A DNA stretch of 64,000 nt from Candidatus Levyibacteriota bacterium (GTDB taxonomy: Bacteria > Patescibacteriota > Microgenomatia > Levybacterales > UBA12049), in NCBI GenBank assembly GCA_029260905.1, contig JAJDCH010000016.1, forward strand, positions 2,985-66,984, read 5' to 3'. The notes beneath the pieces were generated by a model. The model was not told the DNA's origin, ran no database searches, and worked only from the letters and a program-made list of their open reading frames with translations. Below, one piece after another: positions 12,205 through 21,424 of this stretch; the first letter of the stretch is position 1; every line of letters starts with the position of its first letter. Made by a program: the position numbers and the translations under genes.

Positions 12205-12465
12205 TTACCCGTTTTTTATTTTAAGAAAAAGGATTGTTGCTGCGAGAATAGTTGTTATGATATTGGCTATAATAATTGGTATTTCTCCAAGCAGAAATCC
12301 ATATATTGTCCAGAAAATAACACCTAGCGTAAATGCAAGATACATACCAAGGGATAAATCTTTAGTGTGCTGAGTTCTGATAGTACGGATTGCTTGAGGA
12401 AAAAAAGACAATGTTGTAAGAGTTGCAGCAATAGAACCTATTAGTGTTACAAATTCAGGTGTCAT
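12205..12465 (-). CDS. SemiSWEET / PQ-loop sugar transporter
   Basis: 86 aa with three TM helices. FFPQAIRTIRTQHTKDLSL is the PQ-loop motif. Confidence 0.75.
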   Translation of the reverse strand: MTPEFVTLIGSIAATLTTLSFFPQAIRTIRTQHTKDLSLGMYLAFTLGVIFWTIYGFLLGEIPIIIANIITTILAATILFLKIKNG

Positions 12466-12513
12466 AGCTTTATTATGGAATGAGAAAGATTAAAAAGCAA
12501 GCTAGTGAAAGAA

Positions 12514-12723
12514 TTATTCTGTCTTGGGAGTAATGCCTAGAAGCCAGAGGACTGCCTCTTTTTTGTAGCGTCTGTCCCCTCTGGAGTTTATTCTGATTGC
12601 AGGGAGCTTGCCTCTTTTGCCCCAGCGTTTGATAGTAAGAGGTGAGACACGGAGAACTTCTGCGACTTCTCTAACAGTGAGAAGGTCAGGTAGGGAATCT
12701 ATAGATACTCTTTGAGTGTTCAT
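12514..12723 (-). CDS. Excisionase/MerR-family helix-turn-helix DNA-binding protein
   Basis: 69 aa. LLTVREVAEVLRVSPLTIKRWGKRGKLPAIRI matches the HTH_17 excisionase-family pattern. Confidence 0.6.
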   Translation of the reverse strand: MNTQRVSIDSLPDLLTVREVAEVLRVSPLTIKRWGKRGKLPAIRINSRGDRRYKKEAVLWLLGITPKTE

Positions 12724-12830
12724 AATGTCTTCCTATACATATTGATCCAATCAATCTAGTATAGAACTATATATAAAGTAACAAACTAGTGCATAGCTTG
12801 TCAAGGGTTAAATTAAAATTAATCTACAAA

Positions 12831-13316
12831 TTAGGAATTATCTTCTCTCAAAAGATCTCTTTCCAGACTCAGCATCCAAGTGATCCGTTTTTCGTCATAA
12901 AAAGTTTCTTCCTTAAAAGAAAGTGGTGTGTATTTTCCATATCCTCGAAGAATCGTTCTAGCTGCTTGCTGATTGGTTTGAAATACATGTATTGCCAGAG
13001 GAGTAAGATATCTTTCAATGACGTCTGTTGGCTTACCCTCTTTCGAAGGAATGCTTGAGTGGTCTAATGCATTTGTAAAGTCATTTTTATTGTGAAAGTC
13101 CCCATAAGGAAAACCATCTTCGAAATGCGCAAGATTGTAGCCCACCCATTGGGCGAAATGATTGTCTATGGGAATAAAAACACCCTGTGCTTCAAGTGTT
13201 TTTAGGTGAGATGTTAGACTTGAAAGTACAGGTAGAAATCCGCTCTTAAGGGAATTCCCTTCTCTAAAATGTTCAAGAGGCGCAAAAAGCACATCCCTGA
13301 TTTGAGTTGCAAGCAT
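12831..13316 (-). CDS. Hypothetical protein
   Basis: 161-aa ORF with no recognisable motif. Compact spacing with its neighbours. Confidence 0.3.
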   Translation of the reverse strand: MLATQIRDVLFAPLEHFREGNSLKSGFLPVLSSLTSHLKTLEAQGVFIPIDNHFAQWVGYNLAHFEDGFPYGDFHNKNDFTNALDHSSIPSKEGKPTDVIERYLTPLAIHVFQTNQQAARTILRGYGKYTPLSFKEETFYDEKRITWMLSLERDLLREDNS

Positions 13317-13509
13317 TTTTGCTTGTTATTGAGAATCACGATCTGCCCTTGGAGGAACAAGCTCAGTCATAGGTGGCTCATTTTTATAGCACTATAAGCT
13401 TTTTGTCAAATTTAGATTTGCTTTTCGGGTTTTGACATGGGTATTCATAGCCGATATAATGCTTAAGTTGCCCTTGGTAGCTTGACAACTAGCCAAAGGG
13501 TTTTTATTT

Positions 13510-15021
13510 ATGAATAACCGTAAAATCCCGACCAGTATGGTCACACAACATCCAGATCATGCAGGGAAGCCTTACTGGCATAATAAGACTTACATATCCA
13601 CCCGTCATGAAATGAATGAGGCCTTTTTGTCTTTTTCTGAACTGGGTGCCACTGAATATAAATGGGACTGGGAGGGAAAGCTGGTTGATGAGTCGGTGCT
13701 TGAGAGATTTTTGGGTGAGCATCTTGAATATCTGATGAAAAAGCCTCTTGGCAAGGAAAACTTTATTACTTTCCGTCTTCCAAATCCGAGAATAGCAACT
13801 GAGTTTCGTTTGGGTAGAACTTTTATGAACATGATCTCAAGTGCCGCAACCGCAAAGCATTTAGGATTTAAAGTTCCACCCATTTTTGAAGTGATATTGC
13901 CAATGACTGAAAATGCACGCGAAATGCTTGATCTGCAGGTTGCTTTTCAAGAGCTTAGAAATCTCAAACATCCACTTTTTAAGATGGAGAGTTTTTTAAC
14001 CAATCTGCGGATTATTCCTTTATTTGAAAGCGTAGAAAGGATAATTGATTCAGCAAAAATCGTTGAAGAATATTTAGATCTCTACAAAAAAGAATTTGGA
14101 AAACTGCCTCCATATATGAGACCGTATTTTGCCAGATCAGATCCAGCGCTTAATTCAGGGGTTGTAGCGACTGTTTTTGCGCTCAAAATAGCGCTTTCAC
14201 GTTTTAGAAAACTTGAACAAAGAATTGGAATACCTTTTTATCCGATGATTGGTTGTGGATCTCTGCCATTTCGTGGGGGACTTACACCTGAAAACGTAAA
14301 AGAGTTTGCAAATGCGTATCAGGGTGTTCGCACAGTTACACTTCAGAGCGCTTTTCGTTATGATTATCCACTTCCCAGGGTAAAAAAAGCTATTAAACAG
14401 CTAGCAGAAATACTGCCAAAACAAAAAGCAAGACTTATTACTGAAAATGATGAGAAAGAGTTGATTGCAATAGGAAAAGTTTTTGAAAAAGAGTACAAGA
14501 AAACGGTTGAAAATCTGGCTGTTGCTATCAATAAAGTTTCTGTATTTGTGCCAAAAAGACGAGAGCGGGTTCAGCACGTTGGATTGTTTGGTTATTCAAG
14601 AGGTGATGGTAAGGTAAAGCTGCCTCGGGCAATTACTTTTACTGCATCACTTTATTCAATCGGTATTCCACCTGAGTTGATTGGTACAGGGCGGGGATTG
14701 GCTTTGGCAAAAAAAGCAGGGAAGTTGGACTTGGTTGAAAAGTATTATATAAATCTCAAAAAGGATTTGTTTCGTGCGGGATCGTATTTAAATAAGGCAA
14801 ATCTTACAAAACTTGCATCTGCCTCAAATGCTTGGAAAGATGTAGCAAAAGACGTGGAGGAGGTTGAAAGATATTTGGGAGTAGGTCTTGGCCCACATAC
14901 AGTTAATGAGAAAAAGCATTTGGCATTGACAAGTAGGATTTTTGAGGGAGTTAAGAAAAGTTCTGCAGATTTATCAAATCTAATGACTCAGGCAGCTGTT
15001 CTCAGAAAGAGTTTGGGATAG
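13510..15021 (+). CDS. ppcA: Archaeal-type phosphoenolpyruvate carboxylase
   Basis: 503 aa. The N-terminal IPTSMVTQHPDHAGKPYW is the hallmark start of archaeal-type PEPC (MSTQHPDN) and the length is ~500 aa. Bacterial-type PEPC is ~900 aa. Confidence 0.8.
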   Translation: MNNRKIPTSMVTQHPDHAGKPYWHNKTYISTRHEMNEAFLSFSELGATEYKWDWEGKLVDESVLERFLGEHLEYLMKKPLGKENFITFRLPNPRIATEFRLGRTFMNMISSAATAKHLGFKVPPIFEVILPMTENAREMLDLQVAFQELRNLKHPLFKMESFLTNLRIIPLFESVERIIDSAKIVEEYLDLYKKEFGKLPPYMRPYFARSDPALNSGVVATVFALKIALSRFRKLEQRIGIPFYPMIGCGSLPFRGGLTPENVKEFANAYQGVRTVTLQSAFRYDYPLPRVKKAIKQLAEILPKQKARLITENDEKELIAIGKVFEKEYKKTVENLAVAINKVSVFVPKRRERVQHVGLFGYSRGDGKVKLPRAITFTASLYSIGIPPELIGTGRGLALAKKAGKLDLVEKYYINLKKDLFRAGSYLNKANLTKLASASNAWKDVAKDVEEVERYLGVGLGPHTVNEKKHLALTSRIFEGVKKSSADLSNLMTQAAVLRKSLG

Positions 15022-15049
15022 GTTAAGAGTTTTTTCTTGTTAAAGTTAA

Positions 15050-16132
15050 TTAGAGGGATTTGGTTATTTTTCGCAGCTCTTTTAGTACTTCATCTATCTC
15101 TTTCATATCAAAATATCCTAGGTGGCCGATTCGAAAGATTTTCCCGGCTAGATCGCCGTAACCTCCTGCCAGTTCAATCCCTTTTTCTCTCATCTGCTTT
15201 ATTATTAATCCTGCATTATCAGTCTTTATCGCCGTTACAACAGGGGAGGAGTCAGTATCTGATGCAAGAAGCTTAAGTCCCATTTCTTTGACTTCTTTTT
15301 TTATTTTTTCATGCGCATTTATATGTCTTTTGATCATATTATCAAGTCCTTCTCTGAATAAAATATCAAGTCCTTTATTTAACGCATCAATCTGATGTGT
15401 AGCTGGTGTGAAGGGGGTTTGTCCGTTATTTAGAGCACTTTTAGCAATATTCAGATCAAAATAAAATTTGTTGGATTTTGTTTTTTTGGATTTGTCCCAG
15501 GCCTTTTTGCTCATACTAATCATGGTTAGTCCTGGAGGAATACCAAACCCTTTTTGTGATCCGGTAATTGCTATGTCAATTCCCCATTTATCAATAGGAA
15601 GCGGCATGGCTGCAAGCGAGCTTACAGCATCAACAATAAAAAGTATTTTGTTTTTTTTGGCAATTTTTGAGATTGTTTCTAAGTCGTTTTTGACACCAGT
15701 TGATGTTTCATTATGTGTGATGAGAAGTGTCTTGATGTTGGGATTTTCTTTGAGAGTTTTTTCTATTTCTTTGGGATCTGCGGCTGTTCCAGATTTATAT
15801 CTGAGTATTGTTAAGTCTGCGCCATGAGCTTTGGCAATCTGAGCAAATCTGTCACCAAATGAGCCTATGCTAACTGCTAGTACTTTATCTCCAGGTGATA
15901 CTGTATTGACAATTGCTGCCTCAAGTCCGCCTGTTCCTGATGCAGTAAGAATGAGGATATCGTTTTTGGTATGAAAAATTATTTTTAGTTTTTTGGTGAC
16001 ATCACGCATCAGCTCTTCAAATCTAGGACCGCGGTGATTGAATGCTTCCTGTCCCATAAGTTCCCGCGCCTCAGGAAATAATTTTGTAGGACCTGGAATT
16101 CTTAGATTTTTGATCTTATGTTTTTTTGCCAT
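15050..16132 (-). CDS. Class V PLP-dependent aminotransferase (serine-glyoxylate / alanine-glyoxylate aminotransferase-like)
   Basis: 360 aa. LRIPGPT...LILTASGTGGLEAAIVN...KGFGIPPGL pattern of aminotransferase class V. Confidence 0.8.
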   Translation of the reverse strand: MAKKHKIKNLRIPGPTKLFPEARELMGQEAFNHRGPRFEELMRDVTKKLKIIFHTKNDILILTASGTGGLEAAIVNTVSPGDKVLAVSIGSFGDRFAQIAKAHGADLTILRYKSGTAADPKEIEKTLKENPNIKTLLITHNETSTGVKNDLETISKIAKKNKILFIVDAVSSLAAMPLPIDKWGIDIAITGSQKGFGIPPGLTMISMSKKAWDKSKKTKSNKFYFDLNIAKSALNNGQTPFTPATHQIDALNKGLDILFREGLDNMIKRHINAHEKIKKEVKEMGLKLLASDTDSSPVVTAIKTDNAGLIIKQMREKGIELAGGYGDLAGKIFRIGHLGYFDMKEIDEVLKELRKITKSL

Positions 16133-16259
16133 TTGTTGATTCTAGCGTATTTAAGGTCTTGCTTCAAGGATTGTTTTTAATTTTAACAACAAAAAATAGT
16201 ATCGCGCATTTGATCAGGCATATTTAATACTTGATGCAAAATACTTGATACTATTTTTG

Positions 16260-16652
16260 TTACTTAAGTTCAACAGTTGCTCCTGCTGCTGTGAGTTTTT
16301 CTTTTGCCTCCTCAGCTGCTTTTTTGTTTGCTCCAGTTAATATCTCTTTTGGTGCTGTGTCAGCGAGATCTTTTGCTTCTTTCAGACCAAGTGTTGGAAC
16401 GATTTCACGAATTGCTTTAATAACAGCAATTTTGTTTCCTCCAGTGCTGGCAAGAACGACGTTAAATACGGTTTGTTCTTCAGCTGCTTCGCCTGCTGCA
16501 TCTCCGCCTGCTGCGGGTGCTGCTGCGGGTGCTGCCATAGCACTTGCAGATACGCCAAATTTTTCTTCAAGAGCTTTTACCAGTTCTGATAATTCAAGAA
16601 CTGACATTTCCTCAACTGCTTTCATTAAATCATCTTTTGATATTTTTGCCAT
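16260..16652 (-). CDS. rplL: 50S ribosomal protein L7/L12
   Basis: 130 aa. [36 protein letters not shown], an Ala-rich hinge and a conserved C-terminal domain. Confidence 0.95.
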   Translation of the reverse strand: MAKISKDDLMKAVEEMSVLELSELVKALEEKFGVSASAMAAPAAAPAAGGDAAGEAAEEQTVFNVVLASTGGNKIAVIKAIREIVPTLGLKEAKDLADTAPKEILTGANKKAAEEAKEKLTAAGATVELK

Positions 16653-16680
16653 AAATATACACCTCCCTTCAATCAGTTAT

Positions 16681-17238
16681 CTAACTTGTTGCTTGTTTCT
16701 TGTCACTTATTGCTTTCATAGTCAAAACAAGTTTGGTTATATTCCAATTTAGCGCTCTGTGAAGACCTGATACGGGGCTTATCATTGTTCCAAGTAATTG
16801 GGCTCTTAATACTTCAAGTGGAGGAAGGTTGGCGATTTTGACTACATCTGTATCTGTCAGGATCTTTCCATCAAGAATTCCAAATTTAATAACAGGAAGA
16901 CTAAGTGTCTTTATCGTTTTACTAAGCTCTTTGAGAGGTCCTGCAAGCTCATTGTAGATGAACATAGTGCCTGTCATGTGGGAGAATTTGTCTTTTTCCA
17001 CTTCAACATCAATATTTTTGTCTTTGAGTGCTATGAGAAGCAGAGAGTTTTTAGTTGCGACGTATTCTGCTTCAATTTTTTTCAAAGCGCGCTTAAGCGC
17101 TTCAAGTTGATGATGGGTCATGCCTTGGTAGTTAGTAAAAACCATTCCTTTTGCGCGACCTACCTTATCTGCAAATTTGGCAACAATTTGCTCTTTTTTC
17201 TTTCTATTATCGCTTACTTTTTTTGTTTCGTCTGACAT
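16681..17238 (-). CDS. rplJ: 50S ribosomal protein L10
   Basis: 185 aa, immediately upstream of rplL. L10 pattern. Confidence 0.85.
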   Translation of the reverse strand: MSDETKKVSDNRKKKEQIVAKFADKVGRAKGMVFTNYQGMTHHQLEALKRALKKIEAEYVATKNSLLLIALKDKNIDVEVEKDKFSHMTGTMFIYNELAGPLKELSKTIKTLSLPVIKFGILDGKILTDTDVVKIANLPPLEVLRAQLLGTMISPVSGLHRALNWNITKLVLTMKAISDKKQATS

Positions 17239-17889
17239 AATAAAAAAACACTCCCTAAGAAGTGCTTTTTAGCTATTTGCCATAAATTTAATGGCTATAT
17301 GCTATTTTCGCCTCAGTAGGACTTAGTGATTGCCTACTTTCTTAGGTTGATTTATTGTAGCAGAGAATAGGGGATTTGTAAATAACTTGTTGGGTTTGTG
17401 ATAAAATCGCAGTATGGGAAGGTCAGAGAGGTCGTTAAGTAGGGCTAATACAGCAGTAGATAGATTTCGAAGAGGAGCAGGGCGTGTGCTATTCTCTAGT
17501 AGAACATCATCTATTCTTCATGGACTTAATTTTGCCTCATTGACTATATGTGGAGGCATTCCGTCTCTTGACACGTATGAGCCATTTGATAGAAGAAAAG
17601 TGGGCATTGTTTCAAGATTTAGAGATGCAAAAAACAGATTAGGCATGAGGATTGAGGATCATGTCATGTTAAAGCTAGAAGAAATAGCTCCGGGAATTAG
17701 GGCTTTGCGGGAGTTGGCAGGAGGGGAAAATAGTAGTAGTGAGAAGCATATTTATAACACTCAAGAAAATCAAGCAAGATTAAGAAAGATTATTGATTCA
17801 CCGGATGTAACTCAAGAACAACTAGAACAAATTATTTGTTTTGAGATAAAAGAGTTGAAGAGGACAGGAAGAATAGAATTGTGCAGCAA

Positions 17890-18741
17890 TTAAATGCTTA
17901 TCTTTATCCCCGGGCTCATGGTTGATTTGAGGGTGATGTCTTTGATATTTTTTTCTTGAACAGCTTTTAGCACTGCTTCTGCATTGGCAGCCAATTTTTT
18001 ATCTCCAAATGAAACTTTTCCAATGCTCAGATGAATTATTGGAAATTTTGATTCTGTTTTGAAGCTTATTTGTCCTCCTTCAAATTTCTTGGCCGCATCA
18101 GTTGGTTTTGGAGAGATGGTTCCAGACTTGGGATTTGGCATCATGCCTTTTGGTCCCAAAAATCTTGCAACTCTTGCTAGGAGTGGCATTGTGTCAGGTG
18201 TTGCGATTAGGACGTCGAAATCAATTTTTCCTGATTCGATATTTTTAATTACTTCTTCAACATGTTTTGGATCAGATGATTGATCAACTATTTCTATTTT
18301 TCTGTCTTTTCCTGTTCCGTGGGGAAGAGTCATGCTTCCAGAAACACCTTTTGAGTTTGTGTTGATGTGTAGTTCAACTGTTTCATCAAATTTTGTTCTT
18401 TGGAGCTTTGGAAGAATTGAGACAGCATCAGTTAGAGAATATTTTTTATTTTTATCAATTTCAGATGCAACTTTTTGATAAGTTTTGGATTTTGTTTTTA
18501 CTTTTGTGAATTTTTCTTTCTTGGTTTTTGTTTCTTTTTTCTCTTCTTTTGGTTTGCTTGATTGTTGAGTGGGGCTGGAGTCAGTTTTTTCTGGTTTATC
18601 TTCTGTTTCTTCTTCCTTTTTTTCTGCGCCAGCTTTTTTAGCAGCCTCAATCCGCTTGGCTTCAGCTTTGGCTTTGGCCTTTTTCTGTTGCTCTTTTTCG
18701 TCTTCCTCAATTCCTATTGTTTTGACTCTTATTTTACCCAC
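17890..18741 (-). CDS. rplA: 50S ribosomal protein L1 with an ~85-aa Lys/Glu-rich N-terminal extension
   Basis: 283 aa. The C-terminal ~200 aa (TVELHINTNSKG...ISFKTESKFPIIHLSIGKVSF) is L1. The N-terminus is low-complexity and K/E-rich. Confidence 0.9.
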   Translation of the reverse strand: MGKIRVKTIGIEEDEKEQQKKAKAKAEAKRIEAAKKAGAEKKEEETEDKPEKTDSSPTQQSSKPKEEKKETKTKKEKFTKVKTKSKTYQKVASEIDKNKKYSLTDAVSILPKLQRTKFDETVELHINTNSKGVSGSMTLPHGTGKDRKIEIVDQSSDPKHVEEVIKNIESGKIDFDVLIATPDTMPLLARVARFLGPKGMMPNPKSGTISPKPTDAAKKFEGGQISFKTESKFPIIHLSIGKVSFGDKKLAANAEAVLKAVQEKNIKDITLKSTMSPGIKISI

Positions 18742-18846
18742 GTTTTGCTCCTTTCAGTCGCAACAGCGATAAGTGATAAGTTATAAGTGATAAGTAGTTA
18801 TTTTTCATTTAATTTAGAAATTAGGTTAATTAGATCAATTAGAAAT

Positions 18847-19269
18847 TTAGCTTACTTCTATTCCCATACTTCTTGCTGTTCCGGCAACCACCCTTGCTCC
18901 TTGTTCAATGTCATCTGTATTTAGATCTTCTAGTTTGTCCTCTGCAATTTTTCGTGCCTGATCCATAGTAAGTTTGCCGATTTTTTCTCTGCCTGGTTTT
19001 TGTGAACCTTTTTCAACACTCATTGCTTTCTTAATCATCTCAGCAACAGGAGGCTTCTTGGTAATGAAAGTGAAAGTCTTGTCTTCAAAAACAGTAATCA
19101 CAACAGGGATAATTTGTCCTTTAAGCTCAGCTGTTCTATCATTGTAGGCTTTGACAAACTCCATGATATTTAGTCCATGAGGACCAAGCGCTGTACCAAC
19201 AGGTGGCGCAGGAGTAGCTCCACCAGCAGGAAGCGCGATTTTTATTAGTATTTTTATTTTCTTTGCCAT
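18847..19269 (-). CDS. rplK: 50S ribosomal protein L11
   Basis: 140 aa. MAKKIKILIKIALPAGGATPAPPVGTALGPHGLNIMEF is the canonical L11 N-terminus. Confidence 0.95.
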   Translation of the reverse strand: MAKKIKILIKIALPAGGATPAPPVGTALGPHGLNIMEFVKAYNDRTAELKGQIIPVVITVFEDKTFTFITKKPPVAEMIKKAMSVEKGSQKPGREKIGKLTMDQARKIAEDKLEDLNTDDIEQGARVVAGTARSMGIEVS

Positions 19270-19394
19270 AGTTCTTGATTTATGATGTATGATCTAAGAT
19301 TTAAGATCGTCTTATGTCATATATCTTATGTCCTAAATCAGAAGATCATTGTAGCACAAAAGAGGGGAACCACGCAAGGAATTAACGGGGAAAG

Positions 19395-21014
19395 CTAACT
19401 GACATTTTCAGAGTTTATTACCTGGGTTACCTTTCCATCTGGTTGCACACTAAAATATATTGGACTACCCTTTTTTTCTATCGGTTTTTTCTCTTCTCCA
19501 CTTTTTATCACTTTTCCATCTACCACTCTAAAATATGTTGGATCCTCTTTAGGCTGGGGAGTTTTTGTTGGTCTAGAAAAGATATTCCCTATAAGTTCTA
19601 AAAATGGTGCAATTGTGGGAATAGCAGGGGTAGAGTCGTCGGAATTTTTGTCAAAAGCAGGAACTGCTACTTCTGCTTTTGTAATTACTTGGTTTGTTTG
19701 CTCAATACTCGGGTTGGTCTCAGCAGTTTGACCTGAAGTTTTTTGGTTAAACCATTCTTCCAATTCTTCCACATCCGGGATTTCAACCTTCTCACCATTT
19801 GAACCATCATCTTTCTCAAACATTGCATTCAATTCGTTAATTTCTGTGAGTGCACCCTCAATCCCCTTGGGGTCACTCGAAGCATTAAATAGTGCCTCCA
19901 ATTCACTAACAAGTGGACCACCCAATAGTGCTTTCAAGCCTTCTACGGACTGTTCTGTTCCTGTCGGAATGCCAACTTGTCTGGCTCCAATGGGATTTCC
20001 ATTTTCATCAAAATCAGTTGCAAATTCAAGTCTTCCCACATTGGTAAACGCTGTGTCTCCATTTGGATTTTTACTTTCTGCTTCTGATTTAGGAAATTTT
20101 TCTATTTTTTTAGGTCTAAGGTTATTTCCATACCCGGTAATAGAGACAATCTCTCCATTTTCTTCAGTTGTAATCGCCCTGGCTTTTCCTTCATACTGAG
20201 GAAGTCGAGTAAGCACCCAACGTTCTGTATCAACAGATGTAGAGTATACGCCTGCGTCTGGGTCAACTTTGCTTCGATTATTCTCGAGGTATAATCCTTT
20301 TATAAGTGCAGCGCTTGGATGTTTTGCCCAAATTTCTCTTGCTCTTACTTCAACTGTGGAATTACTGCTTCTTTCACTCTCTAGGTCATCAACAATATCT
20401 TCAGTTTGAAGCTTAATTTCATATCTAAATTTTCCTGCCCAAGGAAGCCTCTTTGCTAAAAGCGTATACCTTTTTCCGCCTAGGTTTGGCTCATAACCTT
20501 CAGGAATTTTTGTGATTTCTACAAAGCCCCCAGCATCACCCTCTCCTTTTATTGTAGGGAATGTGGCTTTTCTAATCATACGCCATGGTCCTTGGTCTCC
20601 GACTGATTCAGGTGCTATAAATCCGGATTTCTCTGGTGAGAAATAGTCAGGAAGGGATAGGTCTCGTTCTTTTTCAGACACCTCTTGGCTTTTGGGTACG
20701 ATTTCTGAATTGCGTTGAGTTATCAAGTCATCTTTTCCAGTATTTATTATATCTGGATGCTGTTCGTAGGGTGATTTATTAAATTGCGAGTAGATAGAAC
20801 CGGGTGGAGTTCCAGCTAGTTCTGTATTATACACAGCGCCAATAAAGGTGTTAGGCATAGAACATCCATCGGTTCCTTTTAATGGTTTTTTGCGGACAAG
20901 GGGGGAGCTTGGATTTTCTATTTTACCAATTTTTATAGCCCCGCTTCTATATTGATGAAGTGGTTCTTCTCTTCCTACATTCGGACGTGTGCCATTTACA
21001 TGTCTCTCTGACAT
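19395..21014 (-). CDS. Large soluble hypothetical protein inserted between nusG and rplK
   Basis: 539-aa ORF with no TM helix or signal peptide and no recognisable motif. Coding-like composition and intact frame. Confidence 0.5.
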   Translation of the reverse strand: MSERHVNGTRPNVGREEPLHQYRSGAIKIGKIENPSSPLVRKKPLKGTDGCSMPNTFIGAVYNTELAGTPPGSIYSQFNKSPYEQHPDIINTGKDDLITQRNSEIVPKSQEVSEKERDLSLPDYFSPEKSGFIAPESVGDQGPWRMIRKATFPTIKGEGDAGGFVEITKIPEGYEPNLGGKRYTLLAKRLPWAGKFRYEIKLQTEDIVDDLESERSSNSTVEVRAREIWAKHPSAALIKGLYLENNRSKVDPDAGVYSTSVDTERWVLTRLPQYEGKARAITTEENGEIVSITGYGNNLRPKKIEKFPKSEAESKNPNGDTAFTNVGRLEFATDFDENGNPIGARQVGIPTGTEQSVEGLKALLGGPLVSELEALFNASSDPKGIEGALTEINELNAMFEKDDGSNGEKVEIPDVEELEEWFNQKTSGQTAETNPSIEQTNQVITKAEVAVPAFDKNSDDSTPAIPTIAPFLELIGNIFSRPTKTPQPKEDPTYFRVVDGKVIKSGEEKKPIEKKGSPIYFSVQPDGKVTQVINSENVS

Positions 21015-21171
21015 AAATTTAAGATAACTTCAGGCTGACTTGTCAATGTAATCAGCTAATTTGATTTTATCAAATGAAAATACTATATGCAAGTGGGGAG
21101 CTGGCTCACTGATTAGGTGATTAATTTTCGCTTAATGCAATTTAATACCCGAGGAAAGTGATTGCATTGTA

Positions 21172-21414
21172 CTAGATCGGGTGTGGTAAGTTGTTGCCTC
21201 CCAGAATTCCATGAGAGGGATGAGTGCCTTTTACAATTCTTCTTCTACCTCTCTCAAGAGCAGTATCTGGACCTTTGTGAGTCCTGACAAAAACTGCAGT
21301 AGGATTTCCAGACCTAGATACTTTATATTTTGGACCAAGCAGTTTATCCAGAAATTGATTCTGGGGCTCTGTCCTTACAGTAAAATAAGTAGATATAGTT
21401 TCTGGTGTAGTCAT
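21172..21414 (-). CDS. Small basic hypothetical protein
   Basis: 80-aa ORF starting 10 nt after the nusG stop, suggesting translational coupling. No recognisable motif. Confidence 0.3.
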   Translation of the reverse strand: MTTPETISTYFTVRTEPQNQFLDKLLGPKYKVSRSGNPTAVFVRTHKGPDTALERGRRRIVKGTHPSHGILGGNNLPHPI

Positions 21415-21424
21415 ATTTATATAT

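Noticed and set aside
16291-16752. 153-aa plus-strand ORF and other small ORFs antisense to rplL/rplJ, rplA and nusG (e.g. 18059..18283, 18562..18786, 21883..22256)
   Set aside because: Shadow frames of highly expressed, low-complexity ribosomal and NusG genes.
17414-17893. 159-aa plus-strand ORF between rplA and rplJ
   Set aside because: It lies on the opposite strand inside the rplJ leader region, has no motif, and overlaps the rplA stop. More likely non-coding leader RNA. Kept only as a finding about the long leader.
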